Shown here: in pieces, positions 1-9,133 of the stretch | How positions within the stretch are numbered: position 1 is the stretch's first letter | How the letters are laid out: every line of letters begins with the position of its first letter | From: Patescibacteria group bacterium | Lineage (GTDB): Bacteria; Patescibacteriota; Patescibacteriia; UBA2196 | Direction: 5' to 3' | Length of the DNA: 64,000 nt | Assembly (NCBI GenBank): GCA_028748975.1 | Contig: JAQTPI010000006.1 | Coordinates: forward strand, 366 to 64,365 | Notes under the pieces: generated by a model | Seen by the model: only the letters and a program-made list of their open reading frames with translations | What the model was told of the DNA's origin: nothing | The model's database searches: none | Position numbers and translations under genes: made by a program

Positions 1-63
1 AACCCCGCCAGAAGCTCCGGCAGGGCTAAAAATACAGCTTGTGTTGTAAAATAGAAAAACTTA

Positions 64-387
64 TCAATGTTTTTTCCCCTGCTGCCTAAGCAATTCTTGT
101 TTTAATTCGCCTACCGTAGAAACCACCTTCTTCAAGCTAGCGCCGCAATGGCATAAGCCACAGGTAAAAATGGTTTCATTTTTATTGGTGTCGTGCACAA
201 AACCCACGCTTCCTTCGCATGTTGGATAATGAAAAATACGGGCCAAAACCAAGGGAAAAGCATCATAGTTTTCATCTTCAAACTGTTTACGGTCTATAAA
301 TACCGTAATCCTTTCTCCTTCATTCAAAAAAAAGGACGCAACGCACCTTATTTCCGTTCTTCTTGTTTTTCCTGTTTTTTCCGCCAC
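64..387 (-). CDS. hypothetical protein (C-terminal Cys cluster)
   Basis: 107-aa ORF, GTG start with GGAGG SD, consensus promoter at 437-465. Confidence 0.65.
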   Translation of the reverse strand: MAEKTGKTRRTEIRCVASFFLNEGERITVFIDRKQFEDENYDAFPLVLARIFHYPTCEGSVGFVHDTNKNETIFTCGLCHCGASLKKVVSTVGELKQELLRQQGKKH

Positions 388-436
388 TTCCGCCTCCTTT
401 TTTATATTTTTATCCTATTTTATTAAGACTAAAATA

Positions 437-465
437 ATTATAGCAAATTTAAAAAAATATGTCAA
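437..465 (-). promoter_or_regulatory. sigma70-type promoter
   Basis: minus strand TTGACA-17 bp-TATAAT with TG extension. Confidence 0.75.
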
Positions 466-521
466 GGAAATAAAAAACCTCTGCCAGATAAACCGACAGA
501 GGTGATATTGAGTTCTTAGCA

Positions 522-896
522 TTATTTCTTCAGCCAGGCGATTAAGAACCACCTCAAATAGATGCGCTCGCCCGTGGGAAAGCGGAATGTCCACCACGGA
601 CCACCGCCCCACATAAGCTTATACCCGCGAAGGCCTTTAGGCAGACGCTGTTGATCCTTGCTGACCAACTCCAGTTTTTCCCTGGTCACCCTGGGATCTC
701 CGATGACCAAGCGTCCTTTGGTGCCGATCTTGGTCTTGGACGGAATCCGGGGAAGAGCTGGCGCGCATTTACCCGAAGTCCGCGCTGGCAGCTTTTTTTC
801 CGAAACTGCCACCAAACCGCGGTCGTAGGGATAGCCTGCAATTCTTTTTTTCAGGTCATAAAAATAATACTTTTTTTCCTCTCTGCCACGACTCAT
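522..896 (-). CDS. hypothetical basic protein
   Basis: 124-aa ORF, AAGGAG SD, TTGACA-17-TATAAT promoter near 969-997. Confidence 0.6.
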   Translation of the reverse strand: MSRGREEKKYYFYDLKKRIAGYPYDRGLVAVSEKKLPARTSGKCAPALPRIPSKTKIGTKGRLVIGDPRVTREKLELVSKDQQRLPKGLRGYKLMWGGGPWWTFRFPTGERIYLRWFLIAWLKK

Positions 897-1006
897 ACTT
901 TTTTCTCCTTTTCTCTCACGCTTAGCGCGAGGTTTGGTTGTGAAACAGGGATCAACTAGTGCCTAGCCATTATAGTGCAAAAAGAGAAAGATGTCAAATT
1001 GACGTC

Positions 1007-1843
1007 TTACTCTTTCTCCACCACAATCATTGTTTTTGGCATACCCACTCGCAACACATGATAACCGCTCGGATAATCGGCGATGGCGTTAAACAAAAGT
1101 TCTTCCGGATATTGGTAATTTTCACCCGTGCCAAATCCGACATCATTGGTAATGAATTTTCTCGTCTGAAAATCAAAACCCCGAATGATAATCATATGGC
1201 GCTCGGGACCGGGTTGGGTGAAATGAATATTTTTTAATAATTGCCCGTTGGCCGGCACCACCACCAAATTGCCTTTTCTTAATTCCTGAATTATATTTTC
1301 ACTTGTAATGTTTTCTTCCAGCCGGACTTTTTGATAATTAAAACAGCCGACATAAAGCCGCTCAATCGTATCCGCGGCCGAAGTATCGCGCGACTCGCCA
1401 AAATTTTCTTCTTGAAATTCAACCATGCCCAAAATTTTTTCTTTAGCTTCGGTTTTGTTAATTTTATTAACTCCCTCGGCCCAGCTGACTGCGAGTAGCG
1501 TGGTCATTTCCTCACAGGCATCCTGCTGGCGCGGATCCTTCCATTCGCCAAATGGCGCCTGCACCACAAACGGCACGCCGGTGATATAAATTTTTTCTTC
1601 CGTGGTAGTGGCTTGAGACGTCTCAATTTTTTCTGATTTTGATTCTGACGGTTCTGCCGCCAAGGGCGTGGTCGTTGGAATATTTTCTAAAACTTCAATT
1701 GATTCGGTTGTCTGTTCGCTTACTGCTTTGATGATCGTTGGTTCAGAAATTTTTTTAATATCTAAAAAAAGAAAAGAGCCCAAAATCGCCGCCATTAACA
1801 GCCAAAAAAACATCTTTTGTTTTATCCGTAATTTGTATCTCAT
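1007..1843 (-). CDS. membrane-anchored C39-like cysteine peptidase
   Basis: N-terminal TM, VPFxxQAP..W...Q-ACEE catalytic Cys motif, H(M)IIIRGFD and ND motifs. Confidence 0.8.
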   Translation of the reverse strand: MRYKLRIKQKMFFWLLMAAILGSFLFLDIKKISEPTIIKAVSEQTTESIEVLENIPTTTPLAAEPSESKSEKIETSQATTTEEKIYITGVPFVVQAPFGEWKDPRQQDACEEMTTLLAVSWAEGVNKINKTEAKEKILGMVEFQEENFGESRDTSAADTIERLYVGCFNYQKVRLEENITSENIIQELRKGNLVVVPANGQLLKNIHFTQPGPERHMIIIRGFDFQTRKFITNDVGFGTGENYQYPEELLFNAIADYPSGYHVLRVGMPKTMIVVEKE

Positions 1844-2014
1844 AACACGTCTTTATTATTCCGCTTTTTGGTTGAAAAGTCAAAGATTGTTTGTCATGAT
1901 TAAAATCATGACATAAAAAACATCAAAATAAAGAAAAACAGTCCGATAAACATCGGACTGTTTCCCAATTTATTTCTTTATATCCTTATATCTTTATTAT
2001 TCTTTCGTGAATGG

Positions 2015-2067
2015 CACGAGATCCTTCGTCCTCTCCGCCCCTCGGCGGATCGTCCTCAGGATGACAC
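2015..2067 (-). repeat. REP-like palindrome (GTCATCCTGAG...CGAAGGATC family)
   Basis: reverse complement reads GTGTCATCCTGAGGACG-hairpin-GGACGAAGGATCTCGTG, 10 nt after rny stop. Confidence 0.8.
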
Positions 2068-2076
2068 AAACATAGT

Positions 2077-3588
2077 TTACCTCGCGTACTCAATCGTTCT
2101 GGTTTCGCGGATGACATTCACTTTAATTTCACCCGGATATTTCAATTCCTGTTCAATTTTATTGGCGATTTCCCGCGCCAATTTTTGCGCGCCCCAGTCA
2201 TCAATTTTTCCCGGTTCCACAAACACGCGCACTTCCCGGCCCGCCTGAATGGCATAGACTTTTTCCACGCCTTCAAAAGTTTTAGCTGTATCTTCCAGTT
2301 CGGTCAATCGTTGAATATAATTTTCATAACTGTCTTTGCGCGCGCCTGGTCGAGCACCCGAAATGGCGTCCGCCACTTTGGCAATCAAGCCTTCCAAAGT
2401 TGAGGGCTGGTCCAAATGATGTTCGCCCGCCACTTTGGCCACTTCTTCCGGCAAACCGAATTTTTTCAAAATATTATAACCGATTTCCGGGTGCGTTCCT
2501 TCCACCTCGTGGTCCACCGCTTTGCCAATGTCATGCAACAGCCCGGCTTTTTTAGCCAAATTCACATTGGCGCCAAGCTCGGCCGCGAGTAACGCTGAGA
2601 GCTGCGCCACTTCCACGCTGTGCTGTAAAACATTCTGGCCATAAGAAGTGCGGAATCTTAAACGGCCGAGTACTTGAATCAATTTGGGATCAAGTCCGGC
2701 CACGCCTACTTCGTAGGCCGCGTCTTCGCCGGCTTTTTTAATTTCCAAAGCAATCTCTTGTTTGGCCGCTTCAATCGCTTCTTCAATCCGGCCCGGATGA
2801 ATCCGGCCATCAGCGATTAATTTTTCCAAAGCCACTTTGGCCACCTGGCGTCGAATCGGTGAAAATCCGGAAACAATAATACTCTCCGGCGTGTCATCAA
2901 TCACAATATCCACGCCTAATTGCGTTTCCAAAGTTTTAATATTTCTGCCTTCCCGGCCGATAATCCGGCCTTTCATTTCGTCTGAGGGTAAAGTAATCAC
3001 GGTCGTGGTTGTTTCCGCCGCATGGCTGGAAGCACAGCGCTCAATTACCGCGCTCAAAATATGTTTGGCTTCCTTGTTCCATTCTTCCTGTGTTTCATTT
3101 TGAATTTTTCTCACCCGGCTCAACAGTTCTTCTTTGACATCGCGCTCGGTGTTGTCCAAAAGAATTTTTTGCGCCTCTTCCTTGGTTAAGCCGGCGATTT
3201 TTTGCAGTTTTTCCATCTGTTCCTCGCGAATTTTGATTATTTCCGCTTTGGCCGCTTCCAATTTCTCGCCTTTATTCAAAAGTTCTTGCTTCTTATCTTC
3301 AAATTCCAAAAGTTTCTGGTCAAACAACGCTTCGCGTTTTTCCAAACGGCGCTGAATTTCCAAAATTTCCTTGCGGCGCTCGCTTTCTTCGCGCTTGGAT
3401 TCATCAATGATTTTAATGGCTTTTTCTTTGGCTGCCAATAAAAAATCTTTTTCCTTGTTTTTGGCCTCTTCCAAAATTTTCATGGCTCGGGCTTCCGCCG
3501 ATTCGGCATAACGTTTTACCATGTAGCGCCGCACCAAATAGCCGATGCCGAGTCCGACAATCAGTCCGATTAAAGTGCTTAAAAACAT
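2077..3588 (-). CDS. rny: ribonuclease Y
   Basis: N-terminal TM, coiled coil, KH motif KGRIIGREGRNI, HD motif LLHDIGK. Confidence 0.98.
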   Translation of the reverse strand: MFLSTLIGLIVGLGIGYLVRRYMVKRYAESAEARAMKILEEAKNKEKDFLLAAKEKAIKIIDESKREESERRKEILEIQRRLEKREALFDQKLLEFEDKKQELLNKGEKLEAAKAEIIKIREEQMEKLQKIAGLTKEEAQKILLDNTERDVKEELLSRVRKIQNETQEEWNKEAKHILSAVIERCASSHAAETTTTVITLPSDEMKGRIIGREGRNIKTLETQLGVDIVIDDTPESIIVSGFSPIRRQVAKVALEKLIADGRIHPGRIEEAIEAAKQEIALEIKKAGEDAAYEVGVAGLDPKLIQVLGRLRFRTSYGQNVLQHSVEVAQLSALLAAELGANVNLAKKAGLLHDIGKAVDHEVEGTHPEIGYNILKKFGLPEEVAKVAGEHHLDQPSTLEGLIAKVADAISGARPGARKDSYENYIQRLTELEDTAKTFEGVEKVYAIQAGREVRVFVEPGKIDDWGAQKLAREIANKIEQELKYPGEIKVNVIRETRTIEYAR

Positions 3589-3604
3589 AAAAACTCCTCA
3601 AATT

Positions 3605-3805
3605 CAAAACAGGAACTTAAAAGGAGTTTGGGGGAAATTTTTTAAATTTTCAGCACAGCCAAAAACCGGCCTTAGGCCAACTTTTTTATTTCTAAACTAT
3701 TAAATTCAACGAATAACTTAGTTAAAAAAGTCATAATATCCATCCAAAATTGGGCTAATTTAAGCTGAAATTTCCCCTGACTGCCTCAAAAACCTGTTTC
3801 TAAAA
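3605..3805 (-). ncRNA. putative 6S RNA-like rod structure upstream of rny
   Basis: nested complementary blocks 3607-13/3793-99, 3631-40/3768-77, 3649-54/3764-69, 3680-88/3723-31, about 195 nt, own promoter just upstream. Confidence 0.55.
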
Positions 3806-3823
3806 TTAATTGATTACCTATTA

Positions 3824-3852
3824 AGTATAGCACACCTTGCTTTTTGATGCAA
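3824..3852 (-). promoter_or_regulatory. sigma70-type promoter for 6S-like RNA/rny
   Basis: minus strand TTGCAT-17 bp-TATACT with TG extension. Confidence 0.65.
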
Positions 3853-3857
3853 GGTAA

Positions 3858-3972
3858 GCACCAAATTACAAATTCCAAATAACAAACAATTGGCGCGAGG
3901 GCGCCAATTGTTTAGGATTTGAATTTTGATATTTAAAATTTGTTTGTATTTTGGTGCTTGTTGTTTGGAATT
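3858..3972. repeat. heptamer-armed inverted repeat element (CAAATT type)
   Basis: GCACCAAATTACAAATTCCAAAT...central TTGGCGC/GCGCCAA hairpin...TTTGGTGCTT, related copies at 48121-48255 and 56578-56745. Confidence 0.75.
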
Positions 3973-4547
3973 TATTTAATTATCTTGTCAATCAGCCCGT
4001 ACTTCTTCGCCTCCTCCGCGCTCATGAAATAATCGCGGTCACTGTCTTTTTCAATTTTTTCAATCGCTTGGCCGGTGTGCTCCGCCAAAATTTTATTCAA
4101 TTTATCTTTCACTTTCAAAATATGCTCGGCATTAATTTTAATGTCCGAAGCCTGGCCTTCGGCTCCGCCCATCACCTGGTGTAAAAGAACTTCGGCATTG
4201 GGCAAAATAAATCTTTTGCCGTTTTTGCCAGCTGTCAAAAGCACCGCGGCCATGGAAGCCGCCATGCCCACGCCAATTGTTTGCACGTCGCATTTCACGT
4301 ATTGCATGGTGTCATAAATCGCCATGCCAGCTGTGACCGCGCCGCCCGGCGAATTAATGTAAAGCTTGATGTCTTTTTTTTCATCTTCGGCCGCCAAAAA
4401 CAAAAGCTGGGCAATGACGGTGTTGGCCAAATCATCGGTAATTTGCCCGCCCAAAAAAATTATTCTTTCCTTTAACAGGCGCGAATAAATATCATAGGCT
4501 CGTTCACCAAAATTAGATTTTTCAATAACCGTAGGAATTAAGTGCAT
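3972..4547 (-). CDS. clpP: ATP-dependent Clp protease proteolytic subunit
   Basis: [41 protein letters not shown] motifs. Confidence 0.98.
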   Translation of the reverse strand: MHLIPTVIEKSNFGERAYDIYSRLLKERIIFLGGQITDDLANTVIAQLLFLAAEDEKKDIKLYINSPGGAVTAGMAIYDTMQYVKCDVQTIGVGMAASMAAVLLTAGKNGKRFILPNAEVLLHQVMGGAEGQASDIKINAEHILKVKDKLNKILAEHTGQAIEKIEKDSDRDYFMSAEEAKKYGLIDKIIK

Positions 4548-4680
4548 AAACAAGTAATCAGAAATAAGTAATCAGTAATCAGGGTAGCCACCTTTACGGC
4601 TTAGCCACAAAGGTGGCTTTGTTCCTGTTTTCAGATTTCTAATTTCTGTTTTCTAAATTATATTTTTATTGTACCACACC

Positions 4681-5625
4681 TTATTCTATCTTCCAACCTC
4701 CGTCTTCTGTTTTTACTAATTTACCTTTAACCAAAAACGCTGCCGCTTTTTTATGCCCGCCGCCGCCCAGCTCCTTGGCCAATCTGGCCACATCCGCCTT
4801 TTTACTGCGCCAGCTCACTTTAATCATGCCATCGTCACCCTCTTTTAAAACCATAGTAATTTCCGCTTCTTTGTTTTGCTGTAAAAAATTACTCAAAATA
4901 TCAGTTTCCGCTCCTTCTTCCGCCAAATCCTCCTTGGTCAAAACCAAAAAAAGAATATTTAATTTTTCATTAAATTGCAGGCGTGATAAAAATTTTCCCA
5001 AAAATTTCAATTCCGGCAATTGCTGGCTATTAAACATTCTTTTTTTAATCAAATTAAAATCCGCTCCGCGGGCGACCAAAGCCGCTGCCTTTTTTACTGT
5101 TTCACCAGAAGTATTGGCAAAAGCAAATAAGCCGGTGTCGGTCAAAATCCCGGTCAAAAGCGCGGTCGCTGTTTCTTTTTGATATTTAAAATTAACATGT
5201 TGAAAAAAATCATAAATAACTTCGCAGGTGGAAGAAATATTTTTAATGGCATTGATGTCGCCCGCGCCGCGATTGGTGACGTGGTGGTCAATTTCAATTA
5301 TAAGCGGATGATCAGTGTCTTGTAAAAAATCGGCTATACCGGTCCGCTTAATATCGCCCGCGTCCAAAACCAAAACCGTATCATATTTTTCCATTTTCAA
5401 GTTTTTCATTCCCACTAAAATTTTCTCCGTATGCGCTAAAAAATCAAAATCATTTGGCAATTCTTCATCCAAAATTATTTCGTATTTTTTATTAAGACTA
5501 ATCAAATAATCCGCCATAGCTGAAAGCGCCCCCAAACAATCGCCATCCGGTCTAGGGTGCCCCACCAAAAGCACACTCTCCGCTTTCATTAGAGCCTGTT
5601 GAATTTTATTGAATTCGTTAATCAT
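4681..5625 (-). CDS. DHH/DHHA1 phosphoesterase (NrnA-like)
   Basis: GHPRPDGD, DHH, TDTG, GGGGH motifs. Start moved to MINEF because the ORF-track N-terminus overlaps another gene. Confidence 0.9.
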   Translation of the reverse strand: MINEFNKIQQALMKAESVLLVGHPRPDGDCLGALSAMADYLISLNKKYEIILDEELPNDFDFLAHTEKILVGMKNLKMEKYDTVLVLDAGDIKRTGIADFLQDTDHPLIIEIDHHVTNRGAGDINAIKNISSTCEVIYDFFQHVNFKYQKETATALLTGILTDTGLFAFANTSGETVKKAAALVARGADFNLIKKRMFNSQQLPELKFLGKFLSRLQFNEKLNILFLVLTKEDLAEEGAETDILSNFLQQNKEAEITMVLKEGDDGMIKVSWRSKKADVARLAKELGGGGHKKAAAFLVKGKLVKTEDGGWKIE

Positions 5626-5732
5626 AAAGACATTAAAGTAGTATAAATCTTTTTCCAAAAAGAAGCAAGAATACAAAATAAAAACCCCGTGTAATGAATT
5701 ACGCGGGGTGACACCGTGGCGATGTCTTGCGT

Positions 5733-5945
5733 TCATGTCGTGGCCGAGTTTGGCGCGAGCCAGCCGGTGAAATAGTGGGCTATCGTCATTCCCGAAAGGA
5801 AATAACACAGAAGACTCACAGATGCCCAAACACCGGCTACCGGGCAAGCGAATGCCGTCCGATTCGCGACTGCCATCATCACGGTGGCGAATAACCCTGC
5901 CACAAACGAAATGATGGCCGCGACCAAATATTGTCTCTTTCTCAT
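5733..5945 (-). CDS. small two-TM membrane protein
   Basis: AAGGAGGTG SD, TTGACA-17-TATAAT at about 6005-6033, hairpin terminator 5682-5709. Confidence 0.7.
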   Translation of the reverse strand: MRKRQYLVAAIISFVAGLFATVMMAVANRTAFACPVAGVWASVSLLCYFLSGMTIAHYFTGWLAPNSATT

Positions 5946-6167
5946 CTTTTTTTCACCTCCTTTCGTTATTTTGGCTACTTCTATAAAGCTTTTTAGCTAC
6001 TCCTATTATAGCATGCCTAACTTTTCTTGTCAACTATTAAATTGTGGGTAAGTCAAACTTTTACTATTTTTTGGCTAAAATTAGCTAAAAATTAGTAATA
6101 TTTTTTCAAATAAAAAATCGCCTCAATCAGAACGATTTTTATTATTGCTTTATTACTTTTAATGCTT

Positions 6168-6512
6168 TTATTCCTTAATTTCCAATCCCCCAATCAACCT
6201 CTCAATTCCTTCCGCCTTTTCTTCCGTGTCATCAATTTCAAAAATCAATTTGGGAATTTTCCTAAAACTTACTCGCCGATTAAGATATTCAATCAGGTCT
6301 TGATGATGAATTTGCAGTGTTTTTAGAGCGGCGCTGGATTTTTCAAAAGGCAAACAAGAAACAAGAATGCGCGCTGACTGTAAATTTTCCGCCACTTTAA
6401 TACCCACCAGCGTGACAAAAATTCCCTCGTCAAATTCTACCACCTGCTTAATCGCCTGGTTTAATTCTTCCAAAAAAATTTGATCCAATTTTTCTTGACG
6501 GTGGTGGCTCAT
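6168..6512 (-). CDS. rbfA: ribosome-binding factor A
   Basis: R.EK..., FRKIPKLIFEID motif, downstream of infB. Confidence 0.92.
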   Translation of the reverse strand: MSHHRQEKLDQIFLEELNQAIKQVVEFDEGIFVTLVGIKVAENLQSARILVSCLPFEKSSAALKTLQIHHQDLIEYLNRRVSFRKIPKLIFEIDDTEEKAEGIERLIGGLEIKE

Positions 6513-6653
6513 AAAAACATTTTAGCATCTTAGCATTAAAGCATAAAAGCATTAAAGCAAAACTCAATTAATAAAATTCGAGAAGCTGTTGCGACTATTG
6601 CGATTTCGTCGTGCGAGCTTAGCGGAGCATTGAGCGGATGATACTGCTTGCGC

Positions 6654-6869
6654 CTGCCGCCTTAAAAAAGTTTTGGTATAAAAGCGAGCTGAGTCGGAAC
6701 GGTTTTCTGCCGCAGCAGAAAAAATTTTGCTTCTGTCTGACGCAGTTCCGCCGAAGTCCTTAGAGGACGAGGCGGAACAAGGAGTTAACAAAATTAGTGA
6801 CGACGAGGTCGCTTTTGTCAAAACTTTTTTACAGCGGCGATTTTGGCGCCACCTTTATAAAAAGGTGGC
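6654..6869. repeat. ~215-bp structured repeat, copy 1
   Basis: near-identical to 60825-61038, long nested stems, terminal GCCACCTTT/AAAGGTGGC hairpin. Confidence 0.9.
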
Positions 6870-6876
6870 AAGAAAA

Positions 6877-8880
6877 CTATTTCTCTTCCACCACATAAAA
6901 TTCCAAAATATCCCCCTCTTTAATCACATTCGTCCCTTCCACTGAAATTCCGCATTCTTCCCCCTCTACTACCTCCTTCATATTTTCCTTGCCGCACTGA
7001 ATACGCAGTGCTTTGCCTTTAGCCACCACTGTTTCGCCGTGCACCACATTAATTTCCGCCGCCGGTATGGCCTTGCCTTCCCAGATTTTAACTCCCACCA
7101 ACTGTGCTTTCTTTTCCGTGCGGAAAATTTTAATCACTCGGCCCTTGCCCAAACTCTTTACCACGCTCTCGGTTTTCGTCAATGCTTTTACTTTTTCCGC
7201 CACAAAATCCAACAGTTCATAAATAATTGGTGAAATTTTTACCTCCACGCCCAAATTGGCGGCCATGGTCTCGGCCTCCGGCATAATTTTATTATGAAAA
7301 CCAATCACGTCCGCGCCCAAATTTTTGGCCTGTTCAATATCGCCTTCATTAATATTTCCCAGTCCTTGCTTCACTACTTTAATTTTTACTCCTTTGTTTT
7401 CCAGTTTGGTCAGCGCTTCCAAAATTGCTTCCACTGACCCCAAAACATCCGCCTTCAAAACCAAATTAACATTGGCGCCTGTTTCTTTTTCTTCGCCGTT
7501 TTCATCTTTATTCACGCTTCGGGTGTTAACTTCTTCTCTTTTCATTAAACGATGTTTGTTTTGGTCAGTCATTTTCAAAAGCTGACGAATTTCTTTTTTA
7601 TCGCTGACTTCTGAAAGAATATCGCCGACCAGCGGCACCGCTTTCAGCCCCAAAATTCTAACTGGCATGGAGGGCGTGGCCTTCTCCACCTCTGCGCCAT
7701 GCCAATTTTTTAGTGCTCTAATTTTGCTTACTGACTGGCCGATTTTAACCACGTCGCCGCGGTTTAAAGTTCCGGTTTGCACAATACAAGTGGCCACCGG
7801 CCCCAAACCCTTGTCCAGACGCGCCTCAATAATCGTGCCGACTGCCGCCCGGTTGGGATTGCCCTGAATTTTTTCTTTTTCCATTTCATAGACCAAGATC
7901 AAGGTGTCCAAAAGACCGTCAATATTTATTTTTTCTTTAGCCGAAATTTCCACGCAAATCGTCTTACCGCCCCAATCTTCCGGCGCCACGCCCATCTCGG
8001 ACAGTGCTGTTTTAATTTTATCCACGTTGGCATCCGGCTTATCAATTTTATTAATCGCCACCACAAACGGCAAACCAGCCGAACGAATTAATGACAGCGC
8101 TTCAATAGTCTGCGGTTGCACGCCATCATCAGCCGCCACCACCAAAATTGCCAAATCCGCTACCGCTGCCCCGCGCGAACGCATGGCCGAAAAAGCTTCA
8201 TGGCCCGGCGTGTCAATGAAAGTTATCTGTTGCCCATTTTTAACGACTTGGTAGGCGCCAATATGCTGGGTAATGCCCCCGGCTTCGCCCGAGACCACAT
8301 CAGTGGAGCGAATGGCATCCAAAAGTTTTGTCTTGCCATGGTCCACGTGTCCCATCACCACCACGACTGGCGGCCGCGGCGACAAATTTTTGGCCTCGTC
8401 GCCGAAAATTTTTGTTCGTTCTTCTTTTTCTTTTTCCCAATCAACCTTTTCTCCGCCCGCCTCTTTTTTCACTTCAAAACCAAAATCAGCGGCAATCAAA
8501 AGCGCGGTTTCAAAATCCACCCGTTCATTAATGGAAGCCATCACTCCGTTTTTCATTAATTGTAAAATCAAGCGTGTCACCGGCACATTCAACTTAATGG
8601 CCAGTTCTTTCACGGTAATGGTGTCGCCCACCTCCACAATTCTGCTTTGTCCCGCCAAGAGTGGCGTCGTCATCTCTTTAACTGTTTTTAATTTCTGTCC
8701 GCCCTCGCCCAAAAACTTCTCGCGCACGCGCGGATCCTGAAATTTATGGAAAATATCCCGCGCCACCCGGTCGTCAACTTTAATCGCTTTTTTGCCAATG
8801 TCAAAACCAAGCTGCGGCAGAATTTCCAATAGCTTCGTGGTCGGCACTTTGACTTGGCGTGAAAGTTCGGTGACGTTCAT
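6877..8880 (-). CDS. infB: translation initiation factor IF-2
   Basis: RPPVVVVMGHVDHGKT, DTPGHEAF, NKID. Confidence 0.99.
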   Translation of the reverse strand: MNVTELSRQVKVPTTKLLEILPQLGFDIGKKAIKVDDRVARDIFHKFQDPRVREKFLGEGGQKLKTVKEMTTPLLAGQSRIVEVGDTITVKELAIKLNVPVTRLILQLMKNGVMASINERVDFETALLIAADFGFEVKKEAGGEKVDWEKEKEERTKIFGDEAKNLSPRPPVVVVMGHVDHGKTKLLDAIRSTDVVSGEAGGITQHIGAYQVVKNGQQITFIDTPGHEAFSAMRSRGAAVADLAILVVAADDGVQPQTIEALSLIRSAGLPFVVAINKIDKPDANVDKIKTALSEMGVAPEDWGGKTICVEISAKEKINIDGLLDTLILVYEMEKEKIQGNPNRAAVGTIIEARLDKGLGPVATCIVQTGTLNRGDVVKIGQSVSKIRALKNWHGAEVEKATPSMPVRILGLKAVPLVGDILSEVSDKKEIRQLLKMTDQNKHRLMKREEVNTRSVNKDENGEEKETGANVNLVLKADVLGSVEAILEALTKLENKGVKIKVVKQGLGNINEGDIEQAKNLGADVIGFHNKIMPEAETMAANLGVEVKISPIIYELLDFVAEKVKALTKTESVVKSLGKGRVIKIFRTEKKAQLVGVKIWEGKAIPAAEINVVHGETVVAKGKALRIQCGKENMKEVVEGEECGISVEGTNVIKEGDILEFYVVEEK

Positions 8881-9133
8881 AAAGTTAAAAACTCAAAACA
8901 CAATAAACAAGAAGCAAGAATTAAGAGTTAAGAATTAAGGTTACTAGTCTTGAGTTTTGCTAATTGAGTTTTGGGTTTTGTAGTTTAATTCTATCATCTT
9001 CCCCTTATTTTGTAAACTCCTCGCATTTGACCTCTTTTCACTATCGCGATATACTGTATTATTAACCATTGAGATAGAGAAACTTATTTGTACTATTTGT
9101 ATATTTGTACTTGATTTGTAATTCGTATTATCT

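Noticed and set aside
5626-5847. N-terminal extensions in the ORF track (DHH, also nusB, rpmF, efp, hsp20, tsaE, ROK, PBP)
   Set aside because: The extensions run through repeats, terminators or other genes. Family homology starts at downstream ATGs.
6590-6869. Group I/II intron or known riboswitch
   Set aside because: I could not find a group II domain V, group I core motifs or a riboswitch consensus by eye. An Rfam search is still needed.
6564-6945. ORFs 6564-6821, 6727-6945 and their twins at 60790-61190
   Set aside because: They are translations of the structured repeat. Differences between copies conserve base pairing, not protein.
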